This document shows, in pieces, positions 21,663-29,824 of a stretch of 54,940 nt of DNA; the stretch's first letter is position 1; each line of letters begins with the position of its first letter. The translations under genes and the position numbers were made by a program. Origin of the DNA: Actinomycetota bacterium (GTDB lineage: Bacteria > Actinomycetota > UBA4738 > HRBIN12). The notes beneath the pieces were generated by a model. That model had not been told where the DNA came from and made no database searches. It saw only the letters and a list, made by a program, of their open reading frames with translations. The stretch lies in the NCBI GenBank assembly GCA_050692375.1, contig JBOGVK010000234.1, positions 1-54,940 of the forward strand. The letters are read 5' to 3'.

Positions 21663-22281
21663 GACCCAAACAGGGGTACTCGAGGCGCTGTTCTTCGTGT
21701 CCGACGAGCCGCTCACGTCCTCCGTGCTCGCGCAGGCGCTGGACGTCGACCGCAAGACGGTCGACGCGCTCTGCGACCAGCTCGCAGGCGAGTTGGAGGC
21801 CCGAGGTTCGGGTCTCGTCCTTCGCAACGTCGCCGGCGGCTGGCGTCTGTACACGCATCCGGATACCGCGCCGGTCGTGGAGCAGTTCGTCCTGTCCTCC
21901 CGCCAGGCCCGTCTGACGAAGGCGGCGTTGGAGACGCTTTCGATCGTGGCGTACAAGCAACCCGTCACGCGTCATCAGATCAACGCGATCCGCGGCGTGA
22001 ACTCCGACGGCGTCCTCCGCGCCCTCACGGACAGGGGGTTGATCGAAGAGGCCGGCCGGGAGGAGACGCCGGGCCGCCCGGTCCTGTATGGAACGACGCC
22101 CGGATTCCTCGAACGACTCGGATTGCCCTCGCTCGCCTCGTTGCCCTCGCTCGCTCCGCTCCTGGGCGTCGATGCCGAAGACGTCGCGGCGGACCCAACG
22201 TCGGACGACCGCGTCGTCGAGGTCGACCTGACCGACGAAGTGGAGCCGGCGCCGTCTGGCGACGCCCCCGAGTCCGCCTGA
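21655..22281 (+). CDS. scpB: Segregation and condensation protein B
   Basis: It has LEALFFVSDEPL... and winged-helix repeats (LETLSIVAYKQPVTRHQINAIRGV). It overlaps scpA by 8 nt. Confidence 0.9.
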   Translation: MPETQTGVLEALFFVSDEPLTSSVLAQALDVDRKTVDALCDQLAGELEARGSGLVLRNVAGGWRLYTHPDTAPVVEQFVLSSRQARLTKAALETLSIVAYKQPVTRHQINAIRGVNSDGVLRALTDRGLIEEAGREETPGRPVLYGTTPGFLERLGLPSLASLPSLAPLLGVDAEDVAADPTSDDRVVEVDLTDEVEPAPSGDAPESA

Positions 22282-22285
22282 TCCG

Positions 22286-23008
22286 GTGACCGAAGAGCGC
22301 GTCCAGCGCGCGTTGGCTCGGGCCGGGTTCGGATCGCGTCGGGGGTGCGAGGAGCTGATCGTCGAGGGGCGCGTGACCGTCAACGGGACGGTCGCCACGC
22401 TGGGGGATCGGTTGGACCCGGAAGCCGACTCGATCGCCGTTGACGGGGTCACCGTGAACCTCGACCCCAACGTGAGGTACTACGCCCTACACAAGCCACC
22501 GGGTGTCGTGACCACCATGAAGGACCCGCAGGGCCGGCCCGACATCCGATCGTTCCTCCCAAAGGAAGGGCCCCGCGTCTTCCCGGTGGGACGCTTGGAT
22601 CGCGACAGCGAGGGATTGCTCCTGCTGACGAACGACGGCGAGCTCGGAAACCGGCTCTTGCACCCCAAATACGCCATCGAGAAGGAGTACCTGGCCGAGG
22701 TCGACGGGGTCCCAACCGATCGGCAGATCGGCCGCATCCGTCGCGGTGTCGAGCTCGACGACGGCCTTGCGAAGCCCGCTTCGGCGCGGCTCGTCGCCAC
22801 CACCGGCGCCAGGGGAGCCGTTCGCATCACGATGACCGAGGGACGCAAACGCGAGGTCCGCCGGCTCCTGGCGGAGGTGGGCCTTCCGGTCACGCGCCTC
22901 GTCCGCCTCCGCGTCGGTCCGGTGAAGCTCGGGGACCTCGCGCCGGGTGCGGTTCGCGAGCTCTCGCCGGAGGAGATCCAGGCGCTCGCCCGAGCTGCTG
23001 GCATGTAG
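22286..23008 (+). CDS. rluB: Pseudouridine synthase (RluB/RsuA family)
   Basis: It has an S4 domain (RVQRALARAGFGSRR) and the catalytic GRLDRDSEGLLLLTNDGEL motif. Confidence 0.85.
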   Translation: MTEERVQRALARAGFGSRRGCEELIVEGRVTVNGTVATLGDRLDPEADSIAVDGVTVNLDPNVRYYALHKPPGVVTTMKDPQGRPDIRSFLPKEGPRVFPVGRLDRDSEGLLLLTNDGELGNRLLHPKYAIEKEYLAEVDGVPTDRQIGRIRRGVELDDGLAKPASARLVATTGARGAVRITMTEGRKREVRRLLAEVGLPVTRLVRLRVGPVKLGDLAPGAVRELSPEEIQALARAAGM

Positions 23009-23050
23009 CCTGGTCACTCCGGAGCGACCGCTCCGGGGAGGGAACGCCGG

Positions 23051-23416
23051 ATGAGGGTTCGTGCCGCCCGCGGGGCCATCGTGGTCACGAGCGACGACGC
23101 GTCGACGCTCTTGGCCGCGACCGAGCGTCTGCTCGCCAACGTGCTGGAGCGGAACGCGGTCGATCGGAACGACCTCATCAGCATCTTGTTCACCGCGACG
23201 GAAGATCTACGGTCGGCTTTCCCCGCCGAAGCCGCTCGTCGGATGGGTCTCGGCCTGGTACCGCTCATGTGCTGCAGCGAGATCCCGGTCGAAGGTTCGA
23301 TGCCCTCGGTGGTGAGGATCCTGGCCCATTTCCACTCCGATCGGAGCCTCGCTGAGGTCGTCCACGTATATCTGGACGGCGCGGAGTCCCTGCGCGATGA
23401 CCTCGACGCCAACTGA
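23051..23416 (+). CDS. aroH: Chorismate mutase, AroH class
   Basis: RAARGAI...N....I......LL..ML..N and the FTATEDL...FPA pattern are typical of the monofunctional AroH type. Length is 121 aa. Confidence 0.8.
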   Translation: MRVRAARGAIVVTSDDASTLLAATERLLANVLERNAVDRNDLISILFTATEDLRSAFPAEAARRMGLGLVPLMCCSEIPVEGSMPSVVRILAHFHSDRSLAEVVHVYLDGAESLRDDLDAN

Positions 23417-24497
23417 CCGGATCGCGGTTATCGGCACCGGCTTGATGGGCACGTCGATCGCGATGGCGGCGGTCAGGGTCGGGTGCAGGGTCACAGGCTG
23501 GGATCCCGATCCGCTTGCCGTGGCGGGCGCCGTCGAACGCACGACCGTACGCCCGGGTTCCGGGGTGGACGAGGCGGTGATCGGCGCGGAGATCGTCGTC
23601 GTCTGCGCCCCGATCCCGGCGATACCCGAGATCGTTTCTCGGGTTCTCGCGGTCGAGCCCAGGGCGGTCGTCACCGATGTCGGCAGCATCAAGGAACACG
23701 TCGTGCGAGGCGTGAACTCCCTCGCCGGCGCCGCGGGTGCGGAGCGGTTCGTGGGGGGACACCCGATGGGAGGCTCGGAGCGGTCGGGTCCCGAGCACGC
23801 GTCCGCGTCGGTCGTCGACGGCATCGTCTGGGTGCTCACGCCCAGCGACGGAGCCGACCCCGAGGTGGTCGCGACGCTCGGATCGTGGATCGAACGGATC
23901 GGGGGGCGCCCCGTACTGATGTCTCCCGAACGCCACGACCGGCTCGTCGCGTTCGTGAGTCATCTCCCTCAAGTGGCATCGACCGCGTTGATGGCCCTCG
24001 CAGCGACCGAGGAGGCCGATGAGCCCGAGATCCTCCTCCTCGCGGCGGGGGGCTTCCGCGACCTGACACGCCTCGCGTCGTCGAACCCGGCGCTCTGGAG
24101 CCAGATCTTGCTCGCGAACCGCGAAGCGATCGCGGAGGCGCTCGACCTGTATTCCAAGCGTCTGGTCGACCTGCGGAACATGGTCATGGAGGGCCGGGGC
24201 GACGAGGTCGAGGAGACGTTCGACCGGGCGAAGCAAGCACGCCTCCGCCTGACGGCGAAGCCGCAGGTCCGAGCGGGGGTCGCGGTGCTGCAGGTCCAGG
24301 TGCCAGACCGCCCAGGCGCGCTCGCGGAGCTCACGGTCGTGCTCGCCGAGGCCGACGTCAACATCGAGGACCTTCAGATCGTCCACTCGCCGGAGGGTGG
24401 TCGCGGGACGGTGCACCTCACGGTCGCCGCCGTCTCGGCCGACGATGCGCTCGCGGTACTCGGCGCTCGGGCCTTCGATCCGATCCGGTTGGCCTGA
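23397..24497 (+). CDS. tyrA: Prephenate dehydrogenase with C-terminal ACT domain
   Basis: It has IAVIGTGLMGTSIA (Rossmann), GGHPMGGSE, and a C-terminal ACT-like region (VQVPDRPGALAELTVVLAEADVNIEDL). It overlaps aroH by 20 nt. Confidence 0.85.
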   Translation: MTSTPTDRIAVIGTGLMGTSIAMAAVRVGCRVTGWDPDPLAVAGAVERTTVRPGSGVDEAVIGAEIVVVCAPIPAIPEIVSRVLAVEPRAVVTDVGSIKEHVVRGVNSLAGAAGAERFVGGHPMGGSERSGPEHASASVVDGIVWVLTPSDGADPEVVATLGSWIERIGGRPVLMSPERHDRLVAFVSHLPQVASTALMALAATEEADEPEILLLAAGGFRDLTRLASSNPALWSQILLANREAIAEALDLYSKRLVDLRNMVMEGRGDEVEETFDRAKQARLRLTAKPQVRAGVAVLQVQVPDRPGALAELTVVLAEADVNIEDLQIVHSPEGGRGTVHLTVAAVSADDALAVLGARAFDPIRLA

Positions 24498-24506
24498 GGA
24501 GCCGGG

Positions 24507-25880
24507 ATGCGCGTCCGCATCACTCCCGGCGGAACCCTCCGGGGAGCCGTTCGCGTCCCCGGAGACAAGTCCATCGCCCATCGTTGGTTGATCCTGTCGG
24601 CGACGGCTCGCGGGCGTAGCCGTCTGGTGGGACTTCCGGCTTCCCTCGACGTTCGCTCGATGGCGGCATGTCTCGCGAAGGTGTCCGAGCGCGGTCGACC
24701 TTCACTCGAGGCTTGGTCTCGCAACGCTTCGGACGCCGGGGAGGGTCACGGTTCCACGTGGAACGAGGACCCGCGCCAAGTCGCGTCTTCGACACTTGAG
24801 GTCGAGGGTGAGGGGCGTTCGGCGCTCGTGGAGTCGACCGACGAGATCGATTGCGGCAACTCGGGGACCGCCATGCGCTTGCTGGCGGGCACCCTCTCTG
24901 CGGCCCCTTTCCGATCCGTGCTTTCCGGCGACGCCAGCCTATCGACGCGGCCGATGGAGCGTGTGGCGATCCCCCTCCGAGCGATGGGAGCAACGGTCAA
25001 GACAGCGCAGGGTCATGCCCCGGTCGAGATCCACGGCGGTCCCCTGTACGGGATCTCCTACGACCTGCCCGTCGCGACGGCCCAAGTGAAGGGAGCGATC
25101 CTGCTCGCCGCCGCGGCTGCTGAGGGAGTGACCGTCGTCCGGGAACCAGCACCTACCCGCGATCACACCGAACGGGCGCTCGCCGCCCTCGGCGCCCCGG
25201 TGTCGGTTGAGGGATCCACCGTCACCCTCCAGGGCATCTATCAGCACGAGGCCTTCGAAGGCACGGTGCCCGGCGACCTTTCGTCCGCGGCGTTCCTGGT
25301 CGCCGCGGCCGCGCTCACACGGTCAGAGCTCACCATCCTGGGTGTCGGTCTCAATCCGAGCCGCGTGCATTTCCTGGCCGTTCTGGAGCGCATGGGCGTG
25401 CGGGTCGAGGTACGAGCGCACGGTGAAGAGCTGGGCGAACCCGTCGGCGACCTGTGGGTAGCCCCGGACGCCGCGCTCGTCGGGACCGAGGTCAGCGCCG
25501 AGGAGCTCCCGTTGGTGATCGACGAGGTTCCGGTCCTGGCGCTCATCGCGACGCACGCACGCGGCGAAACCTGGTTCTCCGGTGCCGCGGAGCTTCGCGC
25601 GAAGGAGAGTGACCGACTGTCGGGGGTCGCCGCGGGAGCGGCCGCGCTCGGTGGGCATGCGGCCGTGGAGGGTGACGATCTGGTCGTTCCCGGCCTCGGA
25701 TTGCGGGGCGGCACTGCGGATGCTCGAGGTGACCATCGACTCGCCATGGCGTTCGCCGTGGCGGCGCTCGCTGCGGACGCGCCGTGCGAGATCGAGGGGA
25801 TGGAGGCAGCTGAGGTGTCGTTCCCGGGCTTCTTGGGAACGATCCGCGCGCTGGGTGCCTCGGTGGAGATCCTGACATGA
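24507..25880 (+). CDS. aroA: 3-phosphoshikimate 1-carboxyvinyltransferase (EPSP synthase)
   Basis: It contains VPGDKSIAHRWLIL, NSGTAMRLL and the C-terminal DHRLAMAFAVAAL. Confidence 0.95.
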   Translation: MRVRITPGGTLRGAVRVPGDKSIAHRWLILSATARGRSRLVGLPASLDVRSMAACLAKVSERGRPSLEAWSRNASDAGEGHGSTWNEDPRQVASSTLEVEGEGRSALVESTDEIDCGNSGTAMRLLAGTLSAAPFRSVLSGDASLSTRPMERVAIPLRAMGATVKTAQGHAPVEIHGGPLYGISYDLPVATAQVKGAILLAAAAAEGVTVVREPAPTRDHTERALAALGAPVSVEGSTVTLQGIYQHEAFEGTVPGDLSSAAFLVAAAALTRSELTILGVGLNPSRVHFLAVLERMGVRVEVRAHGEELGEPVGDLWVAPDAALVGTEVSAEELPLVIDEVPVLALIATHARGETWFSGAAELRAKESDRLSGVAAGAAALGGHAAVEGDDLVVPGLGLRGGTADARGDHRLAMAFAVAALAADAPCEIEGMEAAEVSFPGFLGTIRALGASVEILT

Positions 25881-26539
25881 CGGATATGCGGGTCATCGCC
25901 ATCGACGGCGCCGCCGGTTCCGGGAAGAGCACCCTGGCCCACGGCCTCGCCGAGTCGCTCGGGTTGCCATACGTGAATACGGGCATCATGTACCGCGCGC
26001 TCACGCTTGCGGCGATCGAGGGCGGGATCGATACGGACGATGGCGACGCGCTGGCGCAGCTCATGTCGAGGTTGAGGTTCGGGCTGTCCTCGGGCGGGCT
26101 GCGGGAACTCGAGGTCGACGGTTCGCCGCCGTCGGAAGCGCTCCAGGGCGTGCGGGTCGAAGCCGTAGTGTCACGCGTGGCTCGTCATCCTCAAGTCCGT
26201 GCCCTCATGCGCGACGCCCAGCGTGCGATCGGATCGCCGAGCGCCGTCGTCGAAGGGCGCGACATCGGCACCGTCGTGTTCCCCGACGCGAGGGTGAAGC
26301 TCTTCCTGCGAGCGGCGCCCGGCACCCGTGTGGAGCGGCGCGCGGAGCAACGAGGCGGCGCCTCCGATGCAGCGGTCGCCGATGCGCTTCATCAACGCGA
26401 TGCGAGAGACGCGACGGTGAACCCCTTCGAGCCGGCACCAGGCGCGACCGTCGTGGACACGAGCGATCTGACGGTCGAGGACTCACTGCGGATCGCGCTC
26501 GAGATCGTGCGCAGGCAGATGCCGGAGGCGTTCGCATGA
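25877..26539 (+). CDS. cmk: Cytidylate kinase
   Basis: It has the IAIDGAAGSGKST P-loop and an ATGA overlap with aroA. The cmk-der order matches Rv1712-Rv1713. Confidence 0.9.
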   Translation: MTDMRVIAIDGAAGSGKSTLAHGLAESLGLPYVNTGIMYRALTLAAIEGGIDTDDGDALAQLMSRLRFGLSSGGLRELEVDGSPPSEALQGVRVEAVVSRVARHPQVRALMRDAQRAIGSPSAVVEGRDIGTVVFPDARVKLFLRAAPGTRVERRAEQRGGASDAAVADALHQRDARDATVNPFEPAPGATVVDTSDLTVEDSLRIALEIVRRQMPEAFA

Positions 26540-27861
26540 GCGCACGGCTTCCCAAGGTCGCCGTGGTGGGGCGACAGAACGTCGGCAAGTCAACGCTCGT
26601 CAACCGGCTCTTCGGCCGACGGGAAACGATCGCGCACGAGTCGCCCGGCGTGACCCGCGATCGGGTGGAGGTCGAGGCAACGTGGCGTGGCCGCCGTTTC
26701 GCCCTGGTCGACACGGGCGGCTACACCCGCAGCACCCGCGGGATCGATCCGCTCGTGGCGAACCAGGCGGATCGCGCTGCCGCCGAAGCGGATCTCATCC
26801 TGCTGGTCGTCGACGCGCAGTCAGGCCCGACGGAAGAAGATGCGGTACTCGCCCGGCGTTTGCGCCGTTCGCCGGTCGTCGTCCTGTTGGTGGCGAACAA
26901 GGTCGACGGCGATCGAGAGGAGGCCGACGCGACGGCGCTGTATTCGCTCGGGCTCGGTGAGCCGATGCCGGTCTCGGCGCTGCACGGCCGTGGGGCGGGC
27001 GATCTCCTCGACCGGATGGTACAGCTGCTCCCGGAGACCTCGGAGATCGATGAAGCCGAGGAGCCGGCAGAACCGCGATTCGCGTTGGTCGGGCGTCCGA
27101 ACGTCGGGAAGTCCTCGATCTTCAACGCGCTGGTGGGGGAGGAGCGGTCGGTCGTCTATGAGGAGGCGGGTACGACGCGCGACAGCGTCGACGCCCTCCT
27201 CGAGTGGCCCGACGGACCTGTCCGATTCGTCGATACCGCGGGCATGCGGCGACAGACGCGCGTGACCGGGATCGAGTACTACGGGTTCGTGCGGGCGACA
27301 CGGGCTATCGAACGAGCCGACGTCGCGGTCGTGGTGATCGAGGCGCCGGAGGGCTTCACCTCCGAGGACAAGAAGATCGCCGTGCGGGTCCTCGAAGCCG
27401 GACGTGGATTGCTGATCGCCGCGAACAAGTGGGATCTGGTCGAGGAGAAGGACCGAGCGTTCAAGATCCTCTCCGAGGACGCGACGATGTTTGTCAACGC
27501 ATCCGTCATCCGCACGTCGGCGACGCGTGGGCAGGGTGTCCATCGTCTCCCGCCCCTGCTCATGGATCTGCATGGGCGCTGGGCTCGGCGCGTCTCCACC
27601 GCGAAGGTCAACGAGGTCCTGCAAGAGGCACAGGCGCAACGTCCGACTCCCCGGAACGCTGGCAACCTCCACTACTCGACCCAGGTGGGATCGGCGCCGC
27701 CGTCCTTCGTGATCTTCGGGGGATCTCGGGCACCCGATCCCAGCTATCAGCGCTACCTTGAGAACCGGCTGCGCCGCACGTTCGGGTATGACGGAGTACC
27801 GATCCGCCTCACGTTCCGCCCGCGCACGCGTGGATCGAAGCCCGGCGGGAAGCGTCACTAG
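26536..27861 (+). CDS. der: Ribosome biogenesis GTPase Der (EngA)
   Basis: It has two tandem GTPase domains (GRQNVGKSTL, DTGG; GRPNVGKSSI, DTAG) and a KH-like C-terminus. The ATG overlaps the cmk stop (ATGA). Confidence 0.95.
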   Translation: MSARLPKVAVVGRQNVGKSTLVNRLFGRRETIAHESPGVTRDRVEVEATWRGRRFALVDTGGYTRSTRGIDPLVANQADRAAAEADLILLVVDAQSGPTEEDAVLARRLRRSPVVVLLVANKVDGDREEADATALYSLGLGEPMPVSALHGRGAGDLLDRMVQLLPETSEIDEAEEPAEPRFALVGRPNVGKSSIFNALVGEERSVVYEEAGTTRDSVDALLEWPDGPVRFVDTAGMRRQTRVTGIEYYGFVRATRAIERADVAVVVIEAPEGFTSEDKKIAVRVLEAGRGLLIAANKWDLVEEKDRAFKILSEDATMFVNASVIRTSATRGQGVHRLPPLLMDLHGRWARRVSTAKVNEVLQEAQAQRPTPRNAGNLHYSTQVGSAPPSFVIFGGSRAPDPSYQRYLENRLRRTFGYDGVPIRLTFRPRTRGSKPGGKRH

Positions 27862-27937
27862 TCCGCATCAGACCAGTAAGCCGGACCGAGCCACCCTCCG
27901 CTCGGTCGGCCGCTCCTGCCTTGATACGATGCGCCCA

Positions 27938-28011
27938 CGGGACGTGGCGCAGTCTGGTAGCGCACTGGTCTGGGGGACCAGGGGTCGCGGGTTCAAATCC
28001 CGCCGTCCCGA
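27938..28011 (+). tRNA. tRNA-Pro (anticodon GGG)
   Basis: It folds by eye into a cloverleaf: acceptor CGGGACG/CGTCCCG, D arm GCGC-AGTCTGGTA-GCGC, anticodon arm CTGGT-CTGGGGG-ACCAG (GGG at positions 34-36), and T arm GCGGG-TTCAAAT-CCCGC. CCA is not fully encoded. Confidence 0.9.
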
Positions 28012-28095
28012 CCGAGTTTCTTGGCCGAGTTTCTTGGCCGAGTCTCCCTGGCCGAGTCTCCCTGGCCGAGGAGAGTGGCCGATGGTTCTTGGCCG
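28012..28095. repeat. Tandem 13-14 nt direct repeat array (6 units), invariant core TGGCCGA
   Basis: The units are CCGAGTTTCTTGG x2 (28012-28037), CCGAGTCTCCCTGG x2 (28038-28065), CCGAGGAGAGTGG (28066-28078) and CCGATGGTTCTTGG (28079-28092), followed by CCG before the pgsA ATG at 28096. The array starts on the first base after the tRNA-Pro discriminator. Confidence 0.9.
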
Positions 28096-28683
28096 ATGAA
28101 GGGGATCCAGGTGTCCGATCGAGGATCGTCGGCCGTCTTCACCATCCCGAACCTCCTCTCCTTCCTGCGGATCCTCCTGATCCCCGTGTTCGTTTCGCTG
28201 ATCGTGCATCACCCGACGACCACTGCGGGAGTGATCGTGTTCGCAGGGGTCGTCGCAACCGACTGGGTGGATGGCTGGGTCGCCAGGCGGACCGGCCAGG
28301 TCTCCGAGCTCGGCAAGGTGCTCGATCCGACGGCCGACCGACTGGCGATCGCGGCAGGGTTGATCGCGCTGGTCGTGCGTGGGGCGTTCCCGCTGTGGGC
28401 CGCCCTCCTGATCCTGGTTCGAGATGCCGCGATCCTGATCGCCGGAGCGTTCCTCCTGGTCGGCAGGGGGCTCCGGCTCGAGGTTCGGTTCATCGGCAAG
28501 GCCGCCACGTTCATGCTGATGATGGCCATCCCGTGGGTGTCGTGGGGCAACCTTGGGTTACCGCTCGCGGATGCCGCGCTCGTCGCGGGCTGGGCGTCGT
28601 TCGCGGTCGGGATCGTCGAGTACTACGTGGCCGCCGGCGTCTACGTCGGCGACATCCGGCGAGGGCTCGCCAACGTGAGCTGA
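28096..28683 (+). CDS. pgsA: CDP-alcohol phosphatidyltransferase (PgsA-like)
   Basis: It has the signature DWVDGWVARRTGQVSELGKVLDPTADR (DG(x)2AR(x)8G(x)3D(x)3D) and multiple TM helices. The start was taken at ATG 28096; an in-frame TTG at 28021 lies inside the repeat array. Confidence 0.85.
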   Translation: MKGIQVSDRGSSAVFTIPNLLSFLRILLIPVFVSLIVHHPTTTAGVIVFAGVVATDWVDGWVARRTGQVSELGKVLDPTADRLAIAAGLIALVVRGAFPLWAALLILVRDAAILIAGAFLLVGRGLRLEVRFIGKAATFMLMMAIPWVSWGNLGLPLADAALVAGWASFAVGIVEYYVAAGVYVGDIRRGLANVS

Positions 28684-28784
28684 ACCAACCGCATCATCAC
28701 CCTCGACGGGGTATCGTCCCGACCGTCGAACCACAGCCAAGGACGAGCCGAAGGACCAGCCGAAGGACGAAGGAGGAATCATCC

Positions 28785-29174
28785 GTGGAGTATCCCGACG
28801 ACGTTCGCTACACCAAGGAGCACGAATGGGCCCGCGCGGAGAACGGTCGCGTACGGGTCGGTATCACGGACTATGCGCAGGACGCGCTCGGTGACGTGGT
28901 GTATGTCGATCTGCCCGAGATCGGCTCCGCCGTGGCCGCCGCCCAAGCGTTCGGCGAGGTCGAGTCGACGAAGTCTGTCTCGGATGTCTTCAGTCCGATC
29001 GACGGCACCGTCGTCGAGCGGAACCCCTTGCTCGAGGATCGTCCTGAGCTCGTGAACGAGCATCCGTATGGAGACGGCTGGCTGGTGCTCGTCGATCCGG
29101 CGGACCCCGCTGCGGTCGAGGCGTTGTGGGACGCGGCCGCGTACCGCGCCTTCGTCGAGGGAGACGGCGCCTAG
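28785..29174 (+). CDS. gcvH: Glycine cleavage system protein H
   Basis: It contains YTKEHEWAR...GITDYAQDALGDVVYVDLP..G......GEVESTKSVSDV (lipoyl-lysine motif). The GTG start is preceded by AAGGAGGAA. Confidence 0.95.
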   Translation: MEYPDDVRYTKEHEWARAENGRVRVGITDYAQDALGDVVYVDLPEIGSAVAAAQAFGEVESTKSVSDVFSPIDGTVVERNPLLEDRPELVNEHPYGDGWLVLVDPADPAAVEALWDAAAYRAFVEGDGA

Positions 29175-29249
29175 CGGTACTCGCTCGGCCGGTCGACCGA
29201 ACGTCGAGCTTCAGGGGGATCGAGGGTTGAGGCCTCGTTCGACCAGAAG

Positions 29250-29278
29250 TTGACCCTGTCTGACCCCTGCGATAACGT
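29250..29278 (+). promoter_or_regulatory. Candidate sigma-70-type promoter (TTGACC-17 nt-TAACGT) upstream of the FHA gene
   Basis: TTGACC lies at 29250-29255, followed by a 17-nt spacer and TAACGT at 29273-29278. The site is about 53 nt upstream of the ATG at 29332 in an otherwise GC-rich intergenic region. Confidence 0.4.
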
Positions 29279-29331
29279 CCACGAACCGTCCAGGGTTGAG
29301 GGTCACGCCAGACCACCACCCTCGGGGGGAG

Positions 29332-29817
29332 ATGGCATTCGAGGGAGACCTGACGGTGTTCTGCACCCATTGTGGACATCCCAATCGCGACGATGCGCGC
29401 TTCTGTGCGGGTTGTGGCCGTGCGCTGCAGGGTGACCCCACGCTGTCGCTGACACCTGTCGAGGGCGACGATGAGGCACAGGATGAGTTCCCGTTCCCTC
29501 ATGACGAGCTGGAGCATGGCCAGGCTCTGCTTCTGGTGAAGCGTGGTCCGAACGCCGGGTCGACGTTCTTGTTGGAGAACGACGCCACGTCGGTGGGACG
29601 CAACACGGACAGCGACGTCTTCTTGGACGACGTGACGGTCTCGCGGACACACGCGTCGATCGAACGGCGCGACGACGGCTCGTTCTTCGTCCGGGACTCC
29701 GGCAGTCTCAACGGGACGTACGTGAACGGCGAACAGGTGGACGAGACGAAGCTCGCGTCCGGCGATGAGGTGCAGATCGGGAAGTTCAAGTTGATCTTCT
29801 TCGCGGCAGGAGAGTGA
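29332..29817 (+). CDS. FHA-domain protein with N-terminal zinc-ribbon (GarA-position homolog)
   Basis: It has CTHCGHPN...FCAGCG (CxxC-x10-CxxC) and an FHA core GRNTDSDVFLDDVTVSRTHASIER.DGSFFVRDSGSLNGTYVNG. Position after gcvH matches Rv1827. Confidence 0.85.
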   Translation: MAFEGDLTVFCTHCGHPNRDDARFCAGCGRALQGDPTLSLTPVEGDDEAQDEFPFPHDELEHGQALLLVKRGPNAGSTFLLENDATSVGRNTDSDVFLDDVTVSRTHASIERRDDGSFFVRDSGSLNGTYVNGEQVDETKLASGDEVQIGKFKLIFFAAGE

Positions 29818-29824
29818 GTTGACG

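Noticed and set aside
28012-28095. Possible CRISPR array, because of regularly spaced short repeats.
   Set aside because: The units are only 13-14 nt and directly abut one another with no spacers. No cas genes are present in the window. It is a tandem micro/minisatellite, not a CRISPR array.
27938-28100. tRNA-Pro as the attachment site of an integrated element or genomic island.
   Set aside because: No integrase gene is adjacent, and the next genes (pgsA, gcvH) are core and syntenic. By eye I found no second copy of the tRNA 3' end elsewhere in the window. A computational repeat search would be needed to be certain.
28684-28784. Glycine riboswitch upstream of gcvH (and of gcvPA at 34481..34520).
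   Set aside because: The gcvPA leader is only 40 nt. The gcvH leader lacks the conserved glycine-aptamer elements I know and is dominated by simple tandem repeats.
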